The notes beneath the pieces are model-generated. The model was not told the DNA's origin and made no database searches. It saw nothing but the letters and a program-made list of their open reading frames with translations. 64,000 bases of DNA from Sedimentisphaerales bacterium (lineage in GTDB: Bacteria > Planctomycetota > Phycisphaerae > Sedimentisphaerales > SM23-30). This document shows positions 51,608 through 59,673 of this stretch, in pieces. Location: assembly GCA_963666285.1 (NCBI GenBank), contig OY762711.1. One strand, 5' to 3'. The position numbers were made by a program, and so were the translations under genes. Numbering within the stretch: the first letter of the stretch is position 1; each line of letters begins with the position of its first letter.

Positions 51608-51844
51608 GTGAAGAATATAATTCAATTATCTCTCTCTATTACGGTTGTGGTTGTTTGTCTAATTATGTTACTGGTTGGCAGTGATTTCTGGCATGAAACC
51701 GTGAGAAGGGACGTTTGGAATACCCTTGGAGCTCCTTTTAATGATTTATGGAGAGTTCTGTTTTGTTTTTATAGTTTGTTCATTTTGTTGATTACCAGTC
51801 TGGGGCTTGATATAATAACACTTTTTAAGAGTAAAAACGCCTAA
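51608..51844 (+). CDS. Small two-TM hypothetical protein
   Basis: GTG start after AAGG; two hydrophobic segments. Confidence 0.55.
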   Translation: MKNIIQLSLSITVVVVCLIMLLVGSDFWHETVRRDVWNTLGAPFNDLWRVLFCFYSLFILLITSLGLDIITLFKSKNA

Positions 51845-51863
51845 ATTGATGAGGATTTATTTT

Positions 51864-52058
51864 ATGGGCTTTATTTGGGACTTGATACAGCAGGGGCAGA
51901 TATCCAACCAGAATAATCGTACTGGGTCACTGGAACAAAGAGTTCAGCGTTTGGAAAATGAGTTATACGAAACAAGAGTATTGCTGAACAAACTTATGGT
52001 TAAGCTTGAAGAGCGGTTTGGCGAAGATATAGATGGTAATTGCAGAATAGGATATTGA
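51864..52058 (+). CDS. Small coiled-coil hypothetical protein (MGFIWDLIQQ...)
   Basis: GAGGA RBS, ATG 51864; heptad pattern LEQRVQRLENEL. Confidence 0.65.
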   Translation: MGFIWDLIQQGQISNQNNRTGSLEQRVQRLENELYETRVLLNKLMVKLEERFGEDIDGNCRIGY

Positions 52059-52059
52059 T

Positions 52060-52362
52060 ATGGCGTTGCAGAATTGTCCGGAATGTAGCGGTCATGTGTC
52101 AACAAAAGCTGCCAAATGTCCGCATTGCGGGTATCCGGTTAATCCTGCTAAGAGTGATGTGGGCGTATTTAGAGTAGGTGTATTAAAAAGAGCGTATCTG
52201 GTTCTAACAGTTTTAATGTTTGTGGGCCTGATAGGCTTTGCTTTCACAAACAATTATGAATGGTTAGCTCCGACGCTTATTTGTTTTTTAGGGGCAATGA
52301 TATCAGCTTATAAAGTTTACTTAGTAAAGAAACATGGAAACGATATTAATAATAGAAGATGA
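52060..52362 (+). CDS. Zinc-ribbon membrane protein
   Basis: CPEC...CPHCG followed by two TM helices. Confidence 0.75.
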   Translation: MALQNCPECSGHVSTKAAKCPHCGYPVNPAKSDVGVFRVGVLKRAYLVLTVLMFVGLIGFAFTNNYEWLAPTLICFLGAMISAYKVYLVKKHGNDINNRR

Positions 52363-53017
52363 TGCTGCGATACTGCGCGGGCTGGCAGATAATTGCCAGT
52401 ATGCCGGTTATAATGTGGAAACGGCAATTGATGGTGAGGATGGGCTTGAAAAAGCTTTGGATATTATGCCTGATCTTATTTTGCTGGATATTATGCTGCC
52501 GAAGATAAATGGCTACGAGATATGCCGGTTGATCCGCAAAGAAAAACTTGATATGCCTATTTTAATGCTAACAGCGAAAGGTGAAGAGTCGGATATTATT
52601 TTGGGCTTGAACCTCGGGGCAGATGATTATGTAACAAAGCCGTTTAGCATAAAAGAATTACTGGCCAGGGTAGAGGCATTTTTACGACGTAGACGAAGTG
52701 ATGAGCCTTCAGAAGTGATATTTGGACAGTATTGTTATGATTTTCAAGCCAGAAAGCTACGGCGGGCAGGCCACGAAATAGAACTTTCACCAAAAGAGCA
52801 TAAACTTCTCGAATATTTTCTAGAGAAACGAGGTCGTGCCTTAACTCGCGACCAGATATTAAATGCAGTTTGGGGTTATAATACTATTGCAGGTCACCGC
52901 AGTGTTGACAGATTTGTTACAACATTGAGAAGCAAAATAGAGGATGGCTCAAAGCAGGTTTCATATATTCATACTATTCGAGAGGTTGGGTATATGTTTG
53001 ACTCAGATAGAAAATAA
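52334..53017 (+). CDS. OmpR/PhoB-family response regulator
   Basis: IIEDD, LLDIMLP, LTAK, GADDYVTKPF, wHTH LRSKIE...IHTIREVGY. Confidence 0.95.
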   Translation: METILIIEDDAAILRGLADNCQYAGYNVETAIDGEDGLEKALDIMPDLILLDIMLPKINGYEICRLIRKEKLDMPILMLTAKGEESDIILGLNLGADDYVTKPFSIKELLARVEAFLRRRRSDEPSEVIFGQYCYDFQARKLRRAGHEIELSPKEHKLLEYFLEKRGRALTRDQILNAVWGYNTIAGHRSVDRFVTTLRSKIEDGSKQVSYIHTIREVGYMFDSDRK

Positions 53018-53018
53018 A

Positions 53019-53179
53019 GGTCACCTCTGGAAATTGCTTTTGGTGCGAGAACTAAATATTTTGCTTGCTGACAAGGAAGATAAAACCGCTCATATTTGAT
53101 GATATTTGTGGTTTTGTCTGACGCAGTTCAGCGAGCAAAAGAGAAGTTCGCTGCACAAAATGAATTTTTAGAGGTGGCC
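53019..53179 (+). mobile_element. 161-bp MITE-like palindromic element, copy A
   Basis: Terminal inverted repeats GGTCACCTCT/AGAGGTGGCC, TAAA on both flanks, full-length imperfect hairpin; homologous to 57036-57196. Confidence 0.75.
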
Positions 53180-53236
53180 TAAATATTTTATTCGTGCTAA
53201 AAACCTTTTTTTTCATATGTGCCGAAAGGCAAATAT

Positions 53237-53266
53237 AAAGCACTCTGAACTTATTCAGAGTGCTTT
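53237..53266. terminator. Possibly bidirectional terminator hairpin
   Basis: AAAGCACTCTGAA-CTTA-TTCAGAGTGCTTT. Confidence 0.7.
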
Positions 53267-53463
53267 GCTTTTTAGGAGTTACATTTTTGGGTGATAATGT
53301 ATGTCGAAGTACAAATATTTCATTTTAGCTTCATCTTATTATCTTCTGCATTATATGAAGAACTATGTACAATTTGTTAAATTTTTTAGTATTTATTGAT
53401 CTTTTACTTAATTTATCGGAGAAAATGATAATTATTTTAGATTTCTTGAAATATATGCATTAT

Positions 53464-53480
53464 TAGGCACATGTTTTGCT
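53464..53480 (+). promoter_or_regulatory. Candidate sigma54 promoter upstream of the HAD gene
   Basis: TAGGCAC-ATGTT-TTGCT, canonical GG-N10-GC spacing. Confidence 0.5.
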
Positions 53481-53809
53481 TTTGGAATAATAATGAAATT
53501 TACGACAATATTAACTTTTTATCTAACGAGGTTTAGATAAAGGAAAAGATAGAGATATTAAATAGAGAAAAGGTTTAGAAAATCCCGCCTAAAAACATTA
53601 AATGATTACAGGCTTAGTATCGTGAATATTAAGGAAGTCTGGGAGAGATATATAAGGTCTGTTGAAAATAATTTGATGTCCTGATATTAACAAAGATTGT
53701 AATTAAAGATTTAATCTAAGTAGATGTGTATTTGGGATAATATCATGCAATTAACAATCAATAAAAAAACGCTATAGGATTAGCAAATTTAAGATAGAGA
53801 GAGAACAAA

Positions 53810-54706
53810 ATGAAATACGGATATTTAATAGATATGGATGGAGTTATTTATCGTGGTTCGGAATTGATTGAAGGAGCAAAGCGATTTATAAATGAATTGG
53901 TTGAAAAAGAAGTTCCATTTCTTTTTTTGACGAATAACTCTCAGCGTACTCGACGTGATATGTTGACAAAATTGAACCGTTTGGGAATAATGGTTGAAGA
54001 ATCGCATATTTTTACATGCGCGATGGCAACGGCCCGTTTTCTGGCAGCCCAGAAACCTAATGGCACGGCTTATGTTATTGGTGAAGGAGGATTGTTAAAT
54101 GCGCTGCATCAAAATGGATATTCTATTGTTGATTATCAACCGGATTATGTAGTTGTTGGTGAGGGCAGGACATTTAATTGTGAAATGATTGACAAGGCTG
54201 TTAAGCTTTTGCTTGAAGGTGCCAAGTTAATATCTACTAATCCTGATGTAAATTGTCCGACTCCGGATGGTTTAAGGGTTGGTTGTGGTGCTATTGTTTC
54301 AATGCTTGAGAAAGCGACCGGTCGTAAAGCTTTTAGTATTGGTAAACCTAATCCAGTAATGATGCGTGCAGCTCGAAAAGAACTTGGGCTGGATACATCT
54401 CATACCACAATGATTGGTGATACGATGACAACAGATATATTGGGTGGGGTGCAAATGGGCTATCGGACTGTTTTGGTACAAACAGGAAGTACTTCGCTTT
54501 CTGATTTGACTGTCTTTGAATATTGTCCAGATATAGTTGTAAAGTCGATAAATTCGCTTAGTGTGAAAAATGATGGCAGTTTGATTGTAAAAGAACCTTA
54601 TAATGAAGGTGTAGATGATTCGCGATTCCAGACTCAACCAGATGTGGTTACAAAAGAATTTTCGGGAGCAAAGCATTATTCTATAATGGCAAGCTCTAGA
54701 ATATGA
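53810..54706 (+). CDS. HAD-IIA (NagD-like) phosphatase
   Basis: DMDGVIY, LTNNS, GKPNP, IGD...TDI.GG, V.TG motifs. Confidence 0.92.
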   Translation: MKYGYLIDMDGVIYRGSELIEGAKRFINELVEKEVPFLFLTNNSQRTRRDMLTKLNRLGIMVEESHIFTCAMATARFLAAQKPNGTAYVIGEGGLLNALHQNGYSIVDYQPDYVVVGEGRTFNCEMIDKAVKLLLEGAKLISTNPDVNCPTPDGLRVGCGAIVSMLEKATGRKAFSIGKPNPVMMRAARKELGLDTSHTTMIGDTMTTDILGGVQMGYRTVLVQTGSTSLSDLTVFEYCPDIVVKSINSLSVKNDGSLIVKEPYNEGVDDSRFQTQPDVVTKEFSGAKHYSIMASSRI

Positions 54707-54753
54707 AATACGCAGATTTTGTATTCCTGCAACTGATATCAGTATAAACAATC

Positions 54754-54790
54754 TGGGACTCATCTGTCATATGTAGATAGATGAGTCCCA
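54754..54790. terminator. Hairpin between the convergent HAD and glnK genes
   Basis: TGGGACTCATCTGTC...GATAGATGAGTCCCA. Confidence 0.7.
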
Positions 54791-54819
54791 TTATTTATAT
54801 TGTTTTAATAGTTTCTGAT

Positions 54820-55164
54820 TTATATAGCATCGCCGCCTTCTTGGCCGGTGCGGATGCGAATGCATTTTTCCAGTGAAGTTACAAAGATTTTACCATCACC
54901 AATGCGGCCTTCTGGGCCGTGTTTTGCAGCAGATAGAATTGCGTTAACTGTTGTGTCAACGAATTCATCGTTGCAAGCGATGTCGATACGCACTTTGTTT
55001 ATAAGGTCAGGAGCAACAATTTGACCACGATATAGGTCTGTCTGACCTGCCTGTCCGCGGCCACTGCATCGGCTGACAGTAATTCTGGTAATCTCAGCTT
55101 TGATAAGAGCCTCACGAACCTCGTCAAGTTTGTCAGGCTGAATAATAGCAGTTACAAGTTTCAT
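54820..55164 (-). CDS. glnK: P-II nitrogen regulatory protein (copy 2)
   Basis: MKLVTAII.P.KL..V, LYRG, IGDGKIFV, IRIRTG; downstream of amtB. Confidence 0.93.
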   Translation of the reverse strand: MKLVTAIIQPDKLDEVREALIKAEITRITVSRCSGRGQAGQTDLYRGQIVAPDLINKVRIDIACNDEFVDTTVNAILSAAKHGPEGRIGDGKIFVTSLEKCIRIRTGQEGGDAI

Positions 55165-55197
55165 ATTATATATTCCTTATTTATCAGGTTTTGCTTT

Positions 55198-56541
55198 TTA
55201 GTTAAGGTTCAGTATTCCGTAGCCGTGTTCGCCATGCAAGGAGTGATCCATGCCGGCCATTTCATCTTGTTCGTTAAGTCTGAAGCCTATTGTTTTTTGG
55301 ATAATGACACAAATTATTAGTGTTAGGACAGCAGAAAGAACGATCGTTGCTCCCATACCTTTTAGTTGTACGAAGAACTGGTCCATTGCAGTCCAGGAGC
55401 CGTCTGCAGCCTTTTCTGCAGCAGCTTTCATCCAGCTGGGACGAATAAAGAATGCAAGCAGAAGCACTCCAAGACCGCTGCCTACGCCATGTATTCCAAA
55501 GCAGTCAAGACTGTCATCGTATCCGAATTTGTTTTTTGCTACCAATGCATAATAGCAGGCAATAGAAGAGCATGCACCAAGTATCAAAGCACCTGAAGGC
55601 TGTACAACTCCGGCAGCCGGTGTGATGACCACTAGTCCGGCGAGAATACCAGAAACAAAGCCGAGCGAAGTTGTTTTTTTGAACATGATAGCTTCGATGA
55701 GCAGCCAGGTCAAAGCACCGCTGGCAGCTGAAACCTGAGTCATTGTGAGTGCTCGCGCGGTTTCAAGGTCACTTGCCAGGGTAGAGCCTGAATTAAAACC
55801 GAACCATCCTACCCACAGTAGTCCGGCACCCATCATAGTCATTACAAGGTTGTTAGGGTGCATAGCAGTTTTAGGATAGCCGCGGCGAGCACCAAGAAAT
55901 AGTGCAACTACCAAAGCACTTGTACCTGCTGAAACGTGAATTACAAGACCGCCGGCAAGGTCAATAACACCATTTGCACCTGAAGTGCATAGCCAGCCGT
56001 CTGAAGCCCAAACCCAATGGCATAACGGGCAATATATTAAAGTGAACCAAAGTGCGATGAATACGCAATAACCTCTGAAATACACCCTTTCAGCAAGGGC
56101 ACCGGCGATTAGGGCGGGAGTGATAATTGCGAATTTGCCCTGGAACATGGCTACGACGTATTCTGGGATGCCATTGCTGGTAACAGCATCATCAAGTCCT
56201 TTTAGCAGGAACATTTCCCAATCCCATCCGAAAATACCGCCGCAAACACTTTCACCAAAAGTAGCAGCATATCCATATACTGTCCAAAGTACACCGATAA
56301 TCGCAATAGCAACAAAGCTGTGCATCATTGTTCCAAGAACATTTTTTGTCCTTACCAGACCGCCGTAAAACATTGCCAGACCGGGCACCATTAGTAATAC
56401 CAGTGCCGTTGATGTGAGCATCCATGCTGTTGTACCGGTATCGATTGTGCCATTACTGTGATCGTTTGCAGATGCAATGTTTGTTGCTATAAATAAAAGC
56501 GCAAACATGCCCAGGACTGTCAATTTTGACAGTTTTGCCAT
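55198..56541 (-). CDS. amtB: Ammonium transporter (copy 2)
   Basis: PGLAMFYGGLVR, D.AGG.VIH, GWFGFN.GS, DDSLDCFGIHG twin-His motifs. Confidence 0.95.
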   Translation of the reverse strand: MAKLSKLTVLGMFALLFIATNIASANDHSNGTIDTGTTAWMLTSTALVLLMVPGLAMFYGGLVRTKNVLGTMMHSFVAIAIIGVLWTVYGYAATFGESVCGGIFGWDWEMFLLKGLDDAVTSNGIPEYVVAMFQGKFAIITPALIAGALAERVYFRGYCVFIALWFTLIYCPLCHWVWASDGWLCTSGANGVIDLAGGLVIHVSAGTSALVVALFLGARRGYPKTAMHPNNLVMTMMGAGLLWVGWFGFNSGSTLASDLETARALTMTQVSAASGALTWLLIEAIMFKKTTSLGFVSGILAGLVVITPAAGVVQPSGALILGACSSIACYYALVAKNKFGYDDSLDCFGIHGVGSGLGVLLLAFFIRPSWMKAAAEKAADGSWTAMDQFFVQLKGMGATIVLSAVLTLIICVIIQKTIGFRLNEQDEMAGMDHSLHGEHGYGILNLN

Positions 56542-56640
56542 AATAAACTCCTCATAAACAAATACACATTATTACCAACAATGAAAATGCAGTTATTGTA
56601 CTTTAACTACATATTCAATCCTAAACAGGTAGTGATTGTA

Positions 56641-56656
56641 ACAATTTCTGTGCCGA
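56641..56656 (-). promoter_or_regulatory. Variant sigma54 promoter of amtB copy 2
   Basis: Minus strand TCGGCAC-AGAAA-TTGT (GG-N10-GT). Confidence 0.45.
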
Positions 56657-57035
56657 AAATTTCATTTATGAGTTCAAAAAGTGAAGAAATTGTAACACGA
56701 TTTGAAATTGGAATGGGAGATTAAAGGTATAGTTTGGTGGCCAGCCTGAAAATATAAATTTCTTATTTTAAGATATTTAATTGTAATATCTAAACTTATG
56801 AAATTGAGCAAAAAGAGAAGCGTTGTGTTAAGAAATAAAGCTAATGAAAAAAATGTAAACAATAGCTGAGGTGTGAAATTTTTGTAACATTGTAGCTACA
56901 AAAAAGTAAAACCAAAGATGTGAATTACAAAAAAGTCGCAAAATCGGAAAGCTGTAAGCAATTTAAATATTTGTTGTTGGGTGCAATAATTATTATAAAG
57001 TGATTGCAGCTAAAGAATGTATATTTGATATTTTA

Positions 57036-57196
57036 GGCAACCTCTGAAAATTCATTTCGAGCGACTAGTTTTTCTTTTGCTTGCTGACATTCGTCACATA
57101 AAACAGTGAATATAGCTCAATATGCACGATTTTATGTTCCTTGTCTGCAACCAAAATCTTAAACTATCGCATCAAAAGCAATTTCCAGAGGTCACC
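57036..57196 (-). mobile_element. 161-bp MITE-like palindromic element, copy B (inverted relative to A)
   Basis: Reverse complement matches copy A at 28 of the first 30 nt; same length; TAAA on both flanks. Confidence 0.75.
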
Positions 57197-57211
57197 TTTA
57201 GTTATATAGAA

Positions 57212-57235
57212 GCAATCAGGCTATATCCTGATTGC
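57212..57235 (-). terminator. Hairpin after glnK copy 1
   Basis: GCAATCAGG-CTATAT-CCTGATTGC. Confidence 0.6.
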
Positions 57236-57264
57236 AAAAGTGTTATCTTGTGGTATTCGTTAAG

Positions 57265-57609
57265 CTAAATTGCGTCGCCGCCTTCTTCGCCGGTACGTAT
57301 ACGAATGCATTTATCAAGTGACGTAACGAAAATTTTACCATCACCAATCTTGCCTTCGGGGCCATGTTTTGCCGCAGTAAGGATTGCATTTACAGTAGTG
57401 TCAACAAATTCATCATTGCAGGCTATATCGATTCGTATTTTGTTGATCAGGTCTGGAGCAACTACCTGGCCGCGATAGAGATCTGTTTGTCCTGCCTGAC
57501 CTCGGCCACTGCAACGGCTGACAGTAATCCTGGTAATCTCAGCTTTGATTAAGGACTCGCGTACCTGGTCCAGTTTGTCGGGCTGTATAATAGCTGTTAC
57601 AAGTTTCAT
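57265..57609 (-). CDS. glnK: P-II nitrogen regulatory protein (copy 1)
   Basis: Nearly identical in protein sequence to 54820-55164; P-II motifs. Confidence 0.93.
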   Translation of the reverse strand: MKLVTAIIQPDKLDQVRESLIKAEITRITVSRCSGRGQAGQTDLYRGQVVAPDLINKIRIDIACNDEFVDTTVNAILTAAKHGPEGKIGDGKIFVTSLDKCIRIRTGEEGGDAI

Positions 57610-57679
57610 CTTTATACCTTTCTATATTTACCGGCTTTTAAGCCGACTCATTATATTGATTAATTGTAAAATTGAATGT

Positions 57680-58969
57680 CTAATTCATGTTAAGCATGCC
57701 GTAGCCTTGTTCACCATGAAGGCTGTGGTCCATGCCGGCCATTTCCTTGGAGGCTTCCATTTTCAAACCGAAAGTCTTATCGACAATAACGGTAAGAATA
57801 ATTGTGACTATTGCAGCGTATACACAGCTAACTATAACACCTTCCAGCTGGTAATAGAATTGTTTGCTTACACCATGCTCTGGTACAACTCGCAGGAAGA
57901 AGGTCAAAAGCAGGGCACCGACTATACCGGCTACGCCATGAATGCCAAAAACGTCAAGTGAATCATCGTAGCCAAGTTTAGCTTTCATTATCAAGGCAAA
58001 GTAACATACAATTGCTGCAACAGCGCCAAGTACTATTGAGCCAGGGACCATTACATCGCCTGCGGCAGGAGTAATAGCTACAAGGCCGGCAAGCATGCCA
58101 GATACAAACCCAAGAGATGTGGCTTTACCGAGATGTAAAGCTTCAATAAGCATCCATACAACAGCACCTGTAGCTGCAGCCACCTGAGTTACTGCCAGGG
58201 CTTGACCTGTTAATAAACCACTTGATTCTGAGCTGCCGGCATTGAAACCAAACCAGCCAACCCATAGAAGGCCGGCGCCCATTAAAGTCATTACCAGGTT
58301 GTTGGGGTGCATTGCTGTTTGAGGGTAGCCGCGACGTGAGCCTAGGTAAAGAGCCATAACCAAACCTGATATTCCGGCAGAAATATGAATGACTGTACCA
58401 CCGGCAAAGTCCTTTGCATATCCTGTGAGGAAACCTCCACCCCAAACCCAGTGAGCCAGTGGGTTGTATATTAGAAGTGACCATAAGGCGATGAAAATAC
58501 AATAGCCTCGGAATTTAACACGCTCGGCAAAAGCACCGGCGATAAGTGCAGGAGTAATAATAGCAAATTTACCCTGGAACATTGCAAAAACGATTTCAGG
58601 TATGCCAGAAGGTCGGATGTCACCATCACAGCCTTTGAGCATAAATTTGCTCCAGTCCCATCCACACCAACCATGACTTTCACCGAATGTCATTGCGTAA
58701 CCACATATGGCCCAAATTACACCGATTATTGCCATGGCAGAGAAACTGTGCATCATTGTACCGATTACATTTTTGGTGCGAACCAGCCCGCCGTAAAACA
58801 TTGCCAGACCAGGTGTCATAAGCAGAACAAGTGATGTTGATGTTAGCATCCATGCTGTTGTACCTGAATCAACAGTGGCTGTTGCCGCTTCTTCTTGTGC
58901 TAATAACATATCCGGGCATGTGAGCAAAGATAGTATTGCCACAAATAACAATAAAGACATTTTTTTCAT
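57680..58969 (-). CDS. amtB: Ammonium transporter (copy 1)
   Basis: Signal peptide, DFAGGTVIH, GWFGFNAGS, DDSLDVFGIHG; ATG 58969 after AGGAG. Confidence 0.95.
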   Translation of the reverse strand: MKKMSLLLFVAILSLLTCPDMLLAQEEAATATVDSGTTAWMLTSTSLVLLMTPGLAMFYGGLVRTKNVIGTMMHSFSAMAIIGVIWAICGYAMTFGESHGWCGWDWSKFMLKGCDGDIRPSGIPEIVFAMFQGKFAIITPALIAGAFAERVKFRGYCIFIALWSLLIYNPLAHWVWGGGFLTGYAKDFAGGTVIHISAGISGLVMALYLGSRRGYPQTAMHPNNLVMTLMGAGLLWVGWFGFNAGSSESSGLLTGQALAVTQVAAATGAVVWMLIEALHLGKATSLGFVSGMLAGLVAITPAAGDVMVPGSIVLGAVAAIVCYFALIMKAKLGYDDSLDVFGIHGVAGIVGALLLTFFLRVVPEHGVSKQFYYQLEGVIVSCVYAAIVTIILTVIVDKTFGLKMEASKEMAGMDHSLHGEQGYGMLNMN

Positions 58970-59119
58970 AACCAACTCCTAAAAGCAAAAACAAACCTAA
59001 ACAAAAAACAAATGGGAAACCGCAGCCATAAATATAGAAATAATAAGCAATTTGGCTGAGTTTTAATATCCTCGCCTCATCAGAGGGAGCCCTAAACTTT
59101 ATATTGAACCAATAGAATT

Positions 59120-59135
59120 ACAAATAATGTGCCAG
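59120..59135 (-). promoter_or_regulatory. Variant sigma54 promoter of amtB copy 1
   Basis: Minus strand CTGGCAC-ATTAT-TTGT (GG-N10-GT). Confidence 0.5.
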
Positions 59136-59673
59136 AAATGTAGCTTTTTTTGGTGAAAAGAATGAAATATGAAATTGAGATGGTGAAAAGCTTGTTATGT
59201 GTATGGTGTAAGATATTGCAATAAAGAATATTACAATAATACGCATACTAAAAATTTTAAAAATAGAAAACCTGAAAGTTGGAAAAAAATTTCATTACAA
59301 AAATTACACTAGTGAAATAATTGTCACACAATTAAGACAAATATGTATTTCTAATTCTTGTATTTACATATATGTATCATTTTTGCCGTAAAATAACTTA
59401 TAAGCTGTCTAAATTTTGTATTTTCTTAATTATGGCAATTATTTCTGAGAAATGTACTCTAATTGGTTCAATTCTGACTGTTGTGGATAATAATTGTTGT
59501 ATTAATCTTTTGATATATTATCGCTTTCGTTTGTAAAAGGATTGTTAATCACGAGCCAGTGAGGGGAAAGACTGAATTTAATCTATTTAGAAATGCACAT
59601 CTTGTTTTTTTCTGTCATGATTCATATAGTTTTAGCAAGACAGCTAAATAATTATCTTTGAAAGGAGTGTTAT

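Noticed and set aside
48955..52362. Small ORFs as integron cassettes
   Set aside because: No attC-like repeats between them (spacers of a few nt) and no integrase in the window.
53215..53236. GCC-GAAA-GGC hairpin as a c-di-GMP-I riboswitch
   Set aside because: Only a GNRA hairpin is present; the second stem and conserved flanks are missing.
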